A DNA stretch of 39,026 nucleotides from Chiloscyllium plagiosum (GCF_004010195.1 NC_057719.1:69243845-69282870); one strand, 5' to 3'. Shown: positions 12,340 to 24,208, counted from the first letter of the stretch. Notes: a model not told the origin generated them from the letters alone. A program made the numbers and translations.

Positions 12340-12720
12340 TTTACTGAGTAGCTTCTTTCTCGCTGGCAGCTGACAGCTGGAGAGAGAGCAGCACCTAACC
12401 AGCAGGGCACAGTCATGGCAGTTTGTCCTTCCTTCCTGGAGGAGATCGTCTTCCCCATCACTGGAGTCACCATTGCTGAGGCTGGAGACAGCAGTGGGGC
12501 TAAAGCTATCTAATGACGGTATGCTTATAATCTTTCCTCCTTTTCATATCACTCCACAATCTTATCTGATCTACAACTGCAGATGGTGTAAGAACATTTT
12601 ACTTTCTCTCCTTCTGTCACCACATCTAACCTTTGTGCCTTTCCCTTTTCAGATACTCAGGAATGCAACCAGGGAAAGAACTGGTGGAGGACCAAAAGGT
12701 GGAAACTCAGAAAGACAGTG
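12340..12720 (+). mobile_element. Probable Harbinger-type Myb/SANT gene relic (downstream part)
   Basis: LEEIVFPITGVTIAEAGDSSGA-like peptide, then an intron-like stretch ending ttcccttttcag; family assignment from recollection only. Confidence 0.3.
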
Positions 12721-12735
12721 AAGAAGAAACTGCGC

Positions 12736-12790
12736 GCGCACAGACAGACAGACACCACACACACACACGCTGACACTGACTCTCACACTG
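12736..12790 (+). repeat. Compound (CAGA)n/(CA)n microsatellite
   Basis: gcacagacagacagacaccacacacacacacgctgacactgac. Confidence 0.9.
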
Positions 12791-13014
12791 CTCCTCAGAT
12801 ACTAAAACAATCTGTGCCCTTATGCCTCAAGACCTGGACACCATCAGGCTTGGTCTGGTACGTGGCAAGTTACAAGTGGAAAATTACCAGTCAAATTCAT
12901 TTCTATTGACCAGAAACTAAAAACTGAACTAGCCATTTAAATACAGGTGGCTGGGTAAGTGGGTCAGAGACTGGGAATTCAGAGGTGATCAACTGACCAC
13001 CTGACTTTCCAAAA

Positions 13015-13522
13015 TCTGTTCACTATCTACAAAGCACATATCAGCAGTGTGGTGGAATACTGACAACTGCCTTAATGAGTGCAGGTCCAACAACACACAA
13101 AAAGCTCATTTAGCAACCTACTTGATTAGTACCCCATCCACCACCTTAAACATTCACTCCTTCCACCCATTATACAGTGGCAGTATCTGCCATGTGTAAG
13201 ATGCAGCGTAGCAAATTGCTAAGGCTCCAATCGACTGCACCTTCCAAACTCATGATCTCTTATCATCTTGAAGGTCAAGGCCACATGGAACACCACCACC
13301 TCCAAGTCACACACTATCCAGAACTGGAAATATGTTCTGATTCTTTTACTACTGATAAGTCAAAAACTTTGAGCTCCCAACTTAATCAGCACAGTATGGA
13401 ATTATCTATAAATTGTAGCAGTTCAAGGCAGTGGTTCACAAGCAACTTAGAGCCATTAGAGATGGACAACAAATACTGGTTTCCTCCGCAATGCCCACAT
13501 CCCATTAACAAATTTTAAAAAG
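13015..13522 (+). mobile_element. 3' end of an old CR1/L2-group LINE sharing its tail with the tRNA SINE
   Basis: TIYKAHISSVVEY-like ORF2 motif; ends gccattagagatggacaacaaatactgg...gcccacatcccattaacaaattttaaaaa. Confidence 0.75.
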
Positions 13523-14394
13523 CGCTTTTTGGAGGACAATTTGAGGCACCGAACTCAAATGGCCAGCAACTAGATTACAAGGCAAGGATAGATTTGGTAC
13601 CATCTAGCCAGAGATTAAGGTTATTTACGAAGTCCACTGCAAGGACTCAATTAGGCCTTTGGCTTTGCACAGACCTTGCAGCTTATTCTTTCCACCATGG
13701 TAACCAACTCCATTAGCCACATTTGTAGACCCAACAATAATGCAGCATTATAGACTAATGTCTCAGTTTCCATTACAGCACAAGTGGAAGCCAGCCACGG
13801 TTTGCTGCACTTGTACATTCAGAATGCTCTCCAACACATAACAAAAACTGAGGTGCTGCACCAATGGAATGGCAGTGGCACATAGAATCTAAATCTGCTG
13901 CTGTCTGCCCTCAGGATGAGACCATTTATCTCTGCCCAACTCTACCATTCCTCTTGCACTTTTATCTGTCAGCCAGCTAGCCCAGACTGTTGCTGCACAT
14001 GCCGAGGAACCACACCGTCTGAAGGCAGGCATCCTTTGTCTCTCAACTACTTGAGGGAATTCTCCCCCGTTAATCATGAGAAATCTTCTCCCAGCCATAT
14101 TGTAGGTACTAGGGCATCAGTATGAAGGGGCACTAGAACAGCACCGCACTCCCTCCAAGAGATTAAAGGCGGTGGCTTCTGCTGGAGCAGGCATGTTCTC
14201 CACTACGGCCACAGACATCCTGCTAGTATCTGCGAGATACAAGAGAGGAAGAAAAATGGTGTTGTAGTCAATGGCTAGAAGTGTACAGTGAATGACAGTA
14301 ACAGCAGGGTTACTGTGAGAAATGTAGTACAAAGAGGAGAACGCTGGCAATATATGGGTGTCTCAGCATCCCTGCAGGTTTGGAACCAGTCTTT

Positions 14395-14694
14395 TTAGAT
14401 TAGATTAGATTACTTAAAGTGTGGAAACAGGCCCTTCGGCCCAACAAGTCCACACCGCCCCGCCGAAGCGCAACCCACCCATACCCCTACATTTACCCCT
14501 TACCTAACACTACGGGCAATTTTTAGCATGGCCAATTCACCTGACCTGCACATCTTTGGACTGTGGGAGGAAACCCACGCAGACACGGGGAGAATGTGCA
14601 AACTCCACACAGTCAGTCGCCTGAGGCGGGAATTGAACCCGGGTGTCAGGCGCTGCGAGGCAGCAGTGCTAACCACTGTGCCACCGTGCCGCCC
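14395..14694 (-). mobile_element. HE1-type V-SINE
   Basis: tRNA head GGGCGGCACGGTGGCACAGTGGTTAGCACTGC with B box GGTTCAATTCC, V-domain, CR1-like tail TTGGGCCGAAGGGCCTGTTTCC and (AATCT)n. Confidence 0.95.
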
Positions 14695-14879
14695 GCCTTC
14701 TCCTGAAACGTAAAGGATTCCGTCCTGAGGAGGGGGAGAAGCCTGATGTTTAACACCCTTCACTCACCCAGGCTGTTTCTGTTTTAATGTGGGCTATCTT
14801 CTCCTGGATTGAGTGGAAGGGAGAGATTGAGTGACCTGAAAGTGGATGAGACAACTGTTAGTGCTGATAGCTGAAAGGT

Positions 14880-14997
14880 GATATGGTGACCTCCTGTCAG
14901 TACTCCAGGAAGAGAACACCACTCATCTGCACCACACCCTCAACCAGGATGTCTGACTCCCTGTTGGAGAATCATAGCATCATTTTCCCCTTCTGAC
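14880..14997 (-). mobile_element. Myb/SANT-like N-terminus remnant of PIF/Harbinger type
   Basis: Minus strand reads KGKMML*FSNRESDILVEGVVQMSGVLFL, fitting the (P)RFS..E...LV..V......LF motif; the TGA is consistent with CGA decay; probably part of a larger relic ~13540-15280. Confidence 0.5.
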
Positions 14998-15404
14998 TGA
15001 ATGTCCATCACCAAGCAGCTTCAGAATGCCACTGCTTGTCTGGATGAACAGCCACCTTTTACATTTTGGTTACACCAGAGATGCCAGTCTTTTGGTGGAT
15101 ACCTGCTGAGTGATGCATTGTGGTTTCAGAAAAGGCATGTGGTCAGTTGGGACTAGACACAGACACAAGGCATGCCATAGGTATGGAATAGATATTTAAT
15201 TCAATAAATGTAGTGTCAAATGCTAGACATCATGTCCAACAGCCCACCAAAATACTCATGCAACTGACAGCCAAAACAAAACATACGATTCAGCTCAATG
15301 AGTCATTTATTGGAGACAGGTAAGGTGGTTGGTGGTGGTGGGGGGGGAGTGGGAGCGTTGGGGGGGTGGAAATTATCCACAGCACCCCATCTTTTACCAG
15401 CCAT

Positions 15405-15612
15405 GGATCTGTGGAACTCTCATCCCAGAACGTGATGGAGACAGACTCCATGAATATTTTTAAGACACAGGTAGATGGATTCTTGACAAATGTGAGGGTG
15501 TCAGAAGGTATCGGGGTAGGAAGTAAAGTGGTTTCGAGGTCACAATCCAATCAGCTGTGATCTTAGCAGAGCTGGCCTGAGAGTCTATGTAGCTTGTTCC
15601 TGTTCCTAGATT
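15405..15612 (+). mobile_element. CR1 3' fragment
   Basis: LWNS..QNVMETDSMNIFKTQVDGFL, the CR1 ORF2 terminal motif. Confidence 0.85.
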
Positions 15613-15989
15613 ATCATCTTGTGCACGCTTCTGGACATGGGACTGCATCAATGGTGCATCAATATGGATGATATACCACAAAGCATGTTATATTTCCTAC
15701 ATCATGGAATAGTAAAGCAGTACAGCAACTACGTTTGAGGGTAAAGCAACAATTTAACATATCACACAAAAACTCAAGGTAAGAGCTTCTTTTGATGCCA
15801 TAAGATTACTAACATCAAGTTGGACTTGCACCACCAAAATCATTACACTTTGGGATTCAGCGTTACATGGTACTGGTTACATACACTGGAGGTAAATTAG
15901 AACTTGGCTTTTTATTGTAAGAATAACAAATGGAAATGTATTGTATCTTTTTTTGCTTCACTTCAGTGGTATTTTTATTTTACTAAAAG

Positions 15990-16309
15990 GTGAACAAGAG
16001 TCAGGGTATCCGAATCTGAGCCCAATGATTCAAACATCAACCAGTGACTTTATGTCCATTGGAACTCCAGGATTATCACAACTGGAAGATATCAGACAAC
16101 ATCTGGGATCCCTGGAAGCAGATTACCAGGAACTCGTTAAAATTCTTTCAAAGGAGAGCAGGACAATACCAGCACATCAAAATTTCCTGCACAAGCAGAA
16201 AGGACAAAGGCCTGTGAAAAATAGCAGAGTATTAGCACATCTTTCATTACAGCGACAGAAGGATTTTTGGTACTTATTCAGGGAGAAGAAAACTGTTAAA
16301 CTGAGATAA
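15990..16309 (+). CDS. Candidate exon with coiled-coil/spectrin-like peptide; 3' boundary uncertain
   Basis: Acceptor atttttattttactaaaag; open for >100 codons; LSQLEDIRQHLGSLEADYQELVKIL is amphipathic; only weak donors (e.g. TG|gtactt at 16269). Confidence 0.4.
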
Positions 16310-17324
16310 GTAACATTTCTAAATATTGGCAAACTGTGATGATTGACACGGATAATAATGTCCCATTTAATAGTATAAATTTACAGCGAGACATTTACAG
16401 GAATTACTAACAATACAGCAGTGAAAGTGGTTATGAAAAATGTTTAATCCAAAACTTTTAAATATCTTAAAGTACATACAATGATGTGGTGAAATGTCAA
16501 TTTTTCAGCTTTAACATAGTTGTCATTTTATATTTCTTGATGGATTACTTATGGAACATTATATTGGACTATTTCCTTTTCTACATCAGAGACACATAGA
16601 CAGGGCAGTGAGGGGTGAGAGCTGCTAGAATGGCCACTAGAGAAAGTAAAAGAAACTTCTATTTATAACATTCCATTTCACAAGCACAAAAATATAGTGA
16701 CCCATAGTTCTTTTCAGTGTTGGTGTGACTGGGAGAGTGGGCTGATAAATGCAATCTAGAAGTGAACAATGGCTGAACAAGGGCAGAGTTACTGCTTTTC
16801 AACCTAAGCACATGGGCTCTATTTTAGTGTTTGTAGCCCCTTCAAAGGGCAGTTGCATTAATCATGCACCTTTACAGTACACATTAATGTCATCTACGAT
16901 CATATTACCATGCATGTGAAGTGCATGTAGTGTGCAAGTGAGTGAGTTAAAAATATTTTCTGTACGCTAACTAGCAGTAGCCACTGTATTGATAACAACA
17001 AGGTGGTTCTTAACAGAAATTCATCCTTTTGGCTAGAAAAGGACTGATTAGGAATGGCAGCCTGTTTAGACAGCAGGAGTGTTTTCTGTCATCTTCACAA
17101 TCTATATTAACAAAGATTCACATAATTCAGTTTTGAAGAGGGTTGGTATATATAGTGAAACTAATTTCCAGAGTAGCCAATGATTAAATATTCAAGAGAA
17201 CCACATCAGGGTTTTCAGCATGGAATCATTGTTACTGGAGTGTAAGTTATAGCTTTCGGTAGCATGTTGCCAGTTCTTTCCGGCCTGTGGATTATAATAC
17301 TATTCCAGGGACAAACCTTTGGTT

Positions 17325-17650
17325 TGATGCTTCAATGCAGTATCAAGTGATGCTGCACAGCCAGACCTGCTGTCCTTTGGATGAGATGTTAAATGTCTCC
17401 ACTGTCAGGTAGACAAAAAATATACTGGAACACTATTTCAAAGAAGAATAGGAGAGTTCTCCCTGGTGTACTCCAATATCACAACCAAATCTAAAGTTGG
17501 ATTATTACAGTCTGCTGTTGGGACTTTTCTGAGCATAAATTGGCTGCTGCATTCTCCCATATTTAGAGCAGTGACTACACATATACTGCTCTAAAACACT
17601 TTACAACTTTGAGATTGCAAAAGACACAATATAAAAATGCACATTTTTCC
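17325..17650 (+). mobile_element. DeuSINE (SacSINE1-like), degraded
   Basis: tgctgcacag...tgtcctttggatgagatgttaaa...cactatttcaaagaagaataggagagttctccctggtgt...aaattggctgctgc...gtgactacac...ataaaaatgca follows the Deu domain and L2-type tail as I recall them. Confidence 0.8.
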
Positions 17651-18539
17651 CTATAATCTGATTGGCTATACTCAGACACCAATAATAACTGCCATATCTA
17701 CTCAGCAAATCAGAGAATTAGAAACTGTCTTCAAAAAATCTGGGTACTTCATTACCTTGCGCACTCCCTGCCTATCCAGATGCACAACTAGAATGATTAT
17801 GCAAGGAGATTGATGTCATTATCATTCTGGCAAGATTTGTAACCAACTCAACTACTGAGCACAGGCCAATTAAATCAATCTGATCTTCTTTGCTATTAGC
17901 CTAATCTTAAACTCGGGTGAATCAGATCTGCCACACTTGTCTTAATAATAGCACTTTGATGTAAAAGCCTCAATAGTGGACAAGGTCATGCATGGTCATC
18001 TGTTCAGGACTGCATGTTTCCATATACATTTCCTATACCTACCTGCAAAATTGCTGGTCCACACTCCTTATCTGGTATCCAGTAACAGATACCCTTAGTT
18101 TTTTTTCCACCATCACCCTTTTCCTCATCCCTACCTCCATCACATCGGAGTGACACAATCCATCTTCATTAAACAGAAAAAGCAACACCCCTTCTAGATT
18201 TACTTTTGTTATCCTTACTAAACAATCCATGTATGTTCACAAATACTGTTGCAGTCTTATAAAATGTTTCCAGGATCCCTATACTAGATCTTACTCACTG
18301 GCAAGGATTTAACTCATAACACTCATATACATTCTTATATGTAATTCTGGACATTTATTTCAATACATGTAACTCTAATGTGTGATTATGTGTTGCCAGA
18401 ATTTGTTTATGCCTTTACATTCAATGTATTTAATTGATTTTTAAAAAAGTGTTGTCACTTCCTTAACTCAATAACAACATTTCAAGCTTTAAAAAAGGAA
18501 CACATACATTTTAATACAACAGCATTTTAATACAACTGT

Positions 18540-18854
18540 GGGCGGCACAGTGGCACAGTGGTTAGCACTGCTGCCTCACAGCGCCAGAGACCCGGGTTCA
18601 ATTCCCGCGACTGACTGTATGGAGTTTGCACGTTCTCCCTGTGTCTGCGTGGGTTTCCTCCGGGTGCTCCGGTTTCCTCCTACAGTCCAAAGATGTGCAG
18701 GTCAGGTGAATTGACCATACTAAAATTGCCCGTAGTGTTAGGTAAGGGGTAAATGTAGGGGTATGGGTGGGTTGCGCTTCGGCGGGGCGCTGTGGACTTG
18801 TTGGGCCGAAGGGCCTGTTTCCACACTGTAAGTAATCTAATCTAATCTAATCTA
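18540..18854 (+). mobile_element. HE1-type V-SINE, near full length
   Basis: tRNA head with A/B boxes, V-domain (ggagtttgcacgttctccctgtgtctgcgtgggtttcctccgggtgctccggtttcctcc), CR1-like tail, (aatct)4. Confidence 0.95.
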
Positions 18855-18943
18855 GCAAGGCATTAAAAGGTTCATAGAAAACTGTCATAATAACTTAATG
18901 CAGCAGTGATTTGACTACACTTATTCATGTTTGCTCTTTACAG

Positions 18944-19106
18944 TACAGTGCAGAGGAGGTTTGCACATCTGGAAGCTCATTTACTCCTACTGCCTCGAAA
19001 CATCGCTCGCTTAGCTGATGAAATTGGCTCCCAGGCTTCCTTGCTACAGAAAATACATTCATTGCAACATTCACTGCTACAAAAAACACATGTTTGCAAC
19101 AAAGTG
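18944..19106 (+). CDS. Best candidate host exon (163 bp, phase 2 to 0), helical repeat-like peptide
   Basis: Acceptor tgtttgctctttacag, donor GTG|gtaggt, no stops; TVQRRFAHLEAHLLLLPRNIARLADEIGSQASLLQKIHSLQHSLLQKTHVCNKV; retains a small CpG cluster. Confidence 0.5.
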
Positions 19107-19214
19107 GTAGGTATCCTATTGGTCTCCTGAATTGCCAGAAAAAAGGGATGAAAAATGCTTTAAACAGAATGAAGGTAATTTCTTAAATATCATAGGAGAA
19201 TCAGAAAGGTCAAG

Positions 19215-19410
19215 AGCCAGAGTACACAATCTTCATACGTATGACAAATAAACCAGTGGCAACGTGAAGAAATGTTGTTTCATGAAGAGAATGGTTAAGA
19301 TCTGGAATGCACTAATTGAGATGGAAGCAGATCCAATCTAGGTAAAGGCGAGGGAGTGAGGCTAGCTGCATTGTTCAACAGAGAGCTGCTGTATGCTGAA
19401 AAGGACAAAA
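19215..19410 (+). mobile_element. Old CR1 3' fragment
   Basis: RNVVS*REWLRSGM / RMVKIWNAL motif (agaatggttaagatctggaatgcact). Confidence 0.6.
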
Positions 19411-19479
19411 TTGGAGCTGTAGTTGATGGTTTTTAGATAATTGGATTTTCAAAGAAACAGAATGCATATGACTGGAAAA

Positions 19480-19702
19480 GCTGTTTATTCCCAGTTCAGG
19501 TGCAGGTAATTAGTGTTTTCTTGAAACCCTTGCAGCTCAATAGTTTGATATATGTGCATGGCTGCTTAGTTCAGAAGATAACCATGAGTGAGAGGCTGGA
19601 ATCACCAATAGACCAGACCATGATAAGACGTTAAGCTTCCTTACCTTAAGGACAATGAATGAGCTAGATTTGTTTGAAATCTGACAGATTCATAGTCATC
19701 AT
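19480..19702 (-). mobile_element. Diverged fragment related to the tRNA SINE at 36622-36954
   Basis: ctggaatcaccaatagaccagaccatgataagacgttaagcttccttaccttaaggacaatgaatgagctaga parallels 36722-36795. Confidence 0.55.
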
Positions 19703-20166
19703 TATAGAGTCAAGGCACAGAATCAGACCCTTCAGCCTAACTCGCACATACTGATCAAGGTTCCCAAACTGAACTAGTCCCATTTGCCTGCATTTGACTG
19801 ATACCCTTCTAAAACTTTCCTAACTACCTATGGTCCAAATGTCTTTTAAATGTTATAATTTGGAGGTGCCGGTGTTGGAATGGCGTGTACAAAATTAAAA
19901 ATCACACAACACCAGGTTATAGTCCAACAGGCTTATTTGGAAGCACTAGCTTTCAGAGCACTGCTCCTTCATAACGCGGTTTTGTTGTAATTGTACCTGC
20001 ATCTACCACTTCCTCTAGCAGGTTGTTCCACACAAAACCAGTTTTTGTGTAAAAGCAAAGTTACCCCTCAATTCCTCTTTAAATCTTTCTCCGCCCCCTT
20101 AAATCTTTGCCCTTTAGTTTTGGGTTCCCGTACTCTGGGGGAAAGACTTTTGCTATTCACCTTATT
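19703..20166 (-). mobile_element. CR1 3' fragment interrupted by a Penelope-derived arm
   Basis: Reverse complement of the CR1 3' end seen at 34199-34580; split at 19861-19982. Confidence 0.9.
19861..19982. mobile_element. Penelope-derived short element nested in CR1, ~10 bp TSD
   Basis: tgttataatt (19851-19860) / tgttgtaatt (19983-19992); minus strand ...atgaaggagcagtgctctgaaagcta is a damaged hammerhead core. Confidence 0.8.
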
Positions 20167-20349
20167 TCCAGATCATGAAAGGACTTAAAGGCTAAAACAA
20201 AAGGAGTAGTGATCTAGTTTTTTCTAGGATGTTGCTCAGGTGGAACACACTTTATATTGGTTGACGTTAAATTTTGTTACTGAGGTATAACACTGCTGTT
20301 TTGGATGGACCACCCACTACAGAAATTGTTCAGTTTTTATTTACACAAG

Positions 20350-20440
20350 GCAATCAATGAGGAATGTCAGTTTTACTGTGAAGGAAAATAATTTCAATGA
20401 ACTTGATTTAAGAACACAAGCTTTAAGATTCTAAAACAAA
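20350..20440 (+). pseudogene. Candidate decayed exon following 18944-19106
   Basis: Acceptor tttttatttacacaag; phase-0 start AINEE, then frameshifted VKENNFNELDLRTQALRF*, resembling spectrin helix B; 3' end uncertain. Confidence 0.35.
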
Positions 20441-20880
20441 GTTAGCACATCTCCAGTGATATTATTTACAGAGGGTGTGGAGCATGTGTGGGGAATATAC
20501 AACTGTGTTAGGGCCTAGAGTGTGGAAGAGGCAAGGAGGTGAGATCAAAAGTAGGTTTGCAGCTGGGAGCAAGGCCAAGTGAAAGTAGGTCAGGTTTGTG
20601 CATTAACAGGCCAATAGAGTGAAAAAGTACACAGCCTGACTGGGACCCAGTGGATTTGGGAGTGTCACATGGAGACGATTAAGGTATTACATTAAAACTG
20701 TAAAGTTTACAGTACAGGAAGATTCTGAGGAGGGACAGGCTGGCCTTGTGATCTCAGGATAGTTCCATTAATAGAGCTAAAATCAAGTCACCCACTGCAC
20801 TGTTAATCCCACTTCCTTGTTTGATTGCCAAAATAACCAGAAAAAGAAAGATATACTGTTTATTGTTATAATACTCTTGT

Positions 20881-20972
20881 AGTCGAGAGTGTGGTGCTGG
20901 AAAAGACAGCAGGTCAGGCAGCATCCGAGGAGCAGGAGAATCGACGTTTCAGGCAAAAGCCCTTCATCAGAG
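20881..20972 (-). mobile_element. Single PLE-derived arm with intact minimal hammerhead core
   Basis: Minus strand 20970-20943: CTGATGA-a-gggc-tttt-gcct-GAAA-cgtc. Confidence 0.85.
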
Positions 20973-21297
20973 TATGCAGTCCTCACTTTCGCCTATATTA
21001 CTGTTACATTTCGGCCTTGCAGGTTGGAAAGAATTTTAATCATTTATATTGAGTACGTGCTTCTAACCACTGATATCAGATAAAACAATATCTTCCTTTC
21101 ATTAACTAATTAAATTTAACATTTACTCTTTCAACTCATGATCTAATTAGAAAATAAAAAATGTTTAAAAGCTTTGAAATCTAATAGTGTCCGTTATAAG
21201 CATGACACTGGTTTCTAAGCAATTACAGAAAATCACAATCATACAAAGGTTACAACTTACAATTATGTGCTGCAAAAGCTGACACTACTTTTACTGA

Positions 21298-21684
21298 ATA
21301 GAGTCATACAGCACAGAAATAGTTCACCTCATCCAGGCCAACCAGACATCCCAACCTGACCTAGTCCCATTTGCCAGCATTTGGCACATATTCCTTCTAA
21401 ACCCTTCCTATTCATATATCCATATGGATGTCTTTTAAATGTTTTGTTGTACCAGCCTCCACCACTTCCTCTGGCAGCTTGTTCCATACACACATCACCC
21501 TCTGCACAGAAAAGTTACCCCTCAGGTCCTTTTCAAGTTCTTTCCCCCATCACCTTAAACCTAGGTCTCTAGTTATGGACTTCCCCATCCTAGGAAAAAG
21601 ACTTAGGCTATTCATCCTATTCATACCTCTCATGATTTTATAAACCTCTATAAGGTGATCCCTCACCCTCCATTACTCCAGGAA
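21298..21684 (-). mobile_element. CR1 3' fragment
   Basis: Reverse complement of the CR1 ORF2 end and 3' UTR with tatgactcta tail. Confidence 0.9.
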
Positions 21685-21782
21685 TGATAAGGTGAAACAT
21701 AGTCAGGGTTGGCTAATGATTGGGATGAATACGTGTTCTGTTTTCACACACTCTGGCACAAGTTGTCATTCCCTATACGCAG

Positions 21783-22270
21783 TAAGCAAAAATGTATGTA
21801 GTTTGTTGAAAAGTACATCAAGCAAATAAAGTACTTTGAAAGAAAGTGTTGCACTGTTGATTTACAGAAGTCTTCTGGAGTAACTCAATTGTTTCAGTTA
21901 CATGTACACCACAGACCAATCAGATAAAACAAATTTACAACAGTCTGCTATCTGAAATTCCCTGTCCAATTAGATTTTTGTTATCATTTTCCAAACTAAT
22001 GTCATATTTTTGGTTGTACTTTGGTTCAGTATCACAAGCAGGTCTTGCATTTCCTATATTCTGGAGTAAGCTGTCATCTGTTCAATAGCTAGATTAGCAA
22101 CACTTAGGGACAAATAAAGAACACTTGCTAATTATCACCGGTTTACAGGCACACATCACATGCTGCTCCTCATTTGAGGAGTGGAGATTTGTCACATCTG
22201 GATTCAGACTATAATCTGCTGAAGTGCAAGAATGTAAATTTACAAACTTTGTTACCTTCACATTTATGAA
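21783..22270 (+). pseudogene. Candidate decayed coding segment
   Basis: Acceptor cattccctatacgcag; FVEKYIKQIKYFE, later DLSHLDSDYNLLK, which echoes HLGSLEADYQELV at ~16100; stops and frameshifts. Confidence 0.25.
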
Positions 22271-22719
22271 AAAATACTTCCCAATGATTCATTTCTAACA
22301 TGACAAAACACTGCTATGTATCAATGTGTTATTATCTACTGGATGGAAACTAACTGTAGACTAATCAGCAGTCAACAGTTGAAATCCTGTCTACATGAAA
22401 AAGACAATGGATCAAAATTCTTCCTTCAGCCATAGTCACCTGTCTGTAAACAACTAGCATCCCTATAAAGAGTCTGATGATCTGTCAAACTTTAAATTTC
22501 CTCTGAAAATATGTACATGTTTTATTTGGCTGCCATTGTTACCTAATTACATAGAATATTTGTTTCCCAGTTCAGATATCTGTGATGATTGGAAAATCAA
22601 ATAGGCAATAAAAAATACAACCCAATGCATCAGCACCTGTCAATATTACCATCTTAAATTGTCAGAGCTTTTTACAGACTTATTATCGAATACTTAATAT
22701 ATCATTGATTTCCATGTAG

Positions 22720-22792
22720 GCACCCTCTCTGGGTTCTGCACTGAATATGTAGTGAACCAGCTGTGTGATTAAGAACAGAGATTATTAGACCT
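22720..22792 (+). pseudogene. Candidate small exon with one in-frame stop
   Basis: tttccatgtag|...CT|gtaagt; TLSGFCTEYVVNQLCD*EQRLLD; ends in phase 2. Confidence 0.25.
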
Positions 22793-22954
22793 GTAAGTTT
22801 AATTAAAAGAATAAATAAGATACAAACAAACAATGCACTGTTTTCACATGACCTTTTTTGTCATGCTCTGGACCTTACCATTCTCCCAAGTGTTAATTGG
22901 TTCCAAACTATTCTCTAATGACTAGATCTTTGGTTGTTTGCTTTTGCCTCGCCT

Positions 22955-24158
22955 AATGAAGAGGATTGATGAGGGCAGAGTGGTGGATGTGATCTATATC
23001 AACTTCAATAAGGTATTCAAGAAAGTTCCTCATGGTAGACTGCTTAGCAAGGTTCGATCGTATGGAATACAGGGAGAACTAACCATCTGGATACAGAACT
23101 GGCTCGAAGGTAAAAGTCAGAGGGTGGTGGTGGAGGGTTGTTTTTTAGACTGGAGGCCTGTGACCAGTGGTGTGCCTCAAGATTTGGTGCTGGATCCATT
23201 CTTTTTGTCATTTATATAAATGATTTGGTAGTGAATGTAGGGGGTATGGTTATTAAGTTCACAGATGACACCAAAATTGGAGGTGTAGTGGACAGTGAAG
23301 GAGGTTACCTCAGAGTACCACAGGATCTTGATCAGATGGGCCAATGGGCCAAGGAATGACAGATGGAGTTTAATTTAGATAAATGTGAGGTGCTGCATTT
23401 TGGAAAGGCAAATCAGGGCAGGACGTATACACTTAATGGTAAGGTCCTAGGGAGTGTTACTGAACAAAGAGAACTTGGAGTGCCAGTTCATAGTTCCTTG
23501 AAAGTGGAGTCACAGGGAAATAGAATAGTGAAATGGCGTTTGGTATGCTTGTCTTTATTGGTCAGTGCATTGAGCATAGTAGGTTGGGATGTTATGATGC
23601 AGCTGTACATGACATTGGTTAGGCCACTTTTGGAATACTGTGTGTAATTCTGGTTTCCCTGTGAGAGGAAGGATATTGTGAAACTTGGAAGAGTTTAGAA
23701 AAGATTCACAAGGATGTAGGCAGGGTTGGAGGGTTTGAGCTACAGGGAGAGGTTGAATAGGCTGGGGCTGTTTTCCCTGGAGTGTCGGAGGCTGAGGGAC
23801 TTATAGAGCTTTATAAAATTATGAATAGGGTAAATAGACAAGGTCTTTTCCCTGGGATGGGGCAACCCAAAACTTCAGGAGTAAGTTTAAAGTGAGAGGA
23901 GAAATATTTAAAGGGACTCAAAGGGCAACCTCTTCTTGCAGAGAGTGGTGACTGTTTGGAATGAGCTGCCAGAGGAAGTGGTGGAGGCTAATACAATTAC
24001 AACATTTAACAGGCATCTGGGTGGATATATGAATAGGAAGCATTTATAGAGACATGGGCCAAATGGCGTAGATAAATTTAGCATATCTGGTTGGCATGGA
24101 CGAGCTAGACCCAAGCGTCTCTTTCCAAATTTTACATCTTTATCACTCTATGATTCTA
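22955..24158 (+). mobile_element. 5'-truncated CR1 LINE (RT and 3' end)
   Basis: VDVIYINFNKVFKKVPHGRL, VTSGVPQ, KFTDDTK, KCEVLHFG; tail tctatgattcta. Confidence 0.97.
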
Positions 24159-24208
24159 AGTTTTGGTTCCAGGCTTTATCATCTGTTATACCCATCTTCA
24201 CCACAGCT

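Noticed and set aside
14528..14713. ORFs such as WEETHADTGRMCKLHT (also 36145-36474, 38414-38608)
   Set aside because: Antisense translations of HE1 SINEs, not genes.
18040..18230. Possible old LINE endonuclease fragment on the minus strand
   Set aside because: Only a faint GVA-like motif; not enough to support a call.
18507..18536. Tandem cattttaatacaac duplication just upstream of HE1
   Set aside because: Both copies are on the same side of the SINE, so it is not a TSD; an ordinary short duplication.
18540..18610. tRNA-like sequence with A and B boxes
   Set aside because: It is the head of a SINE and continues into the V-domain and LINE-derived tail; not a tRNA gene.
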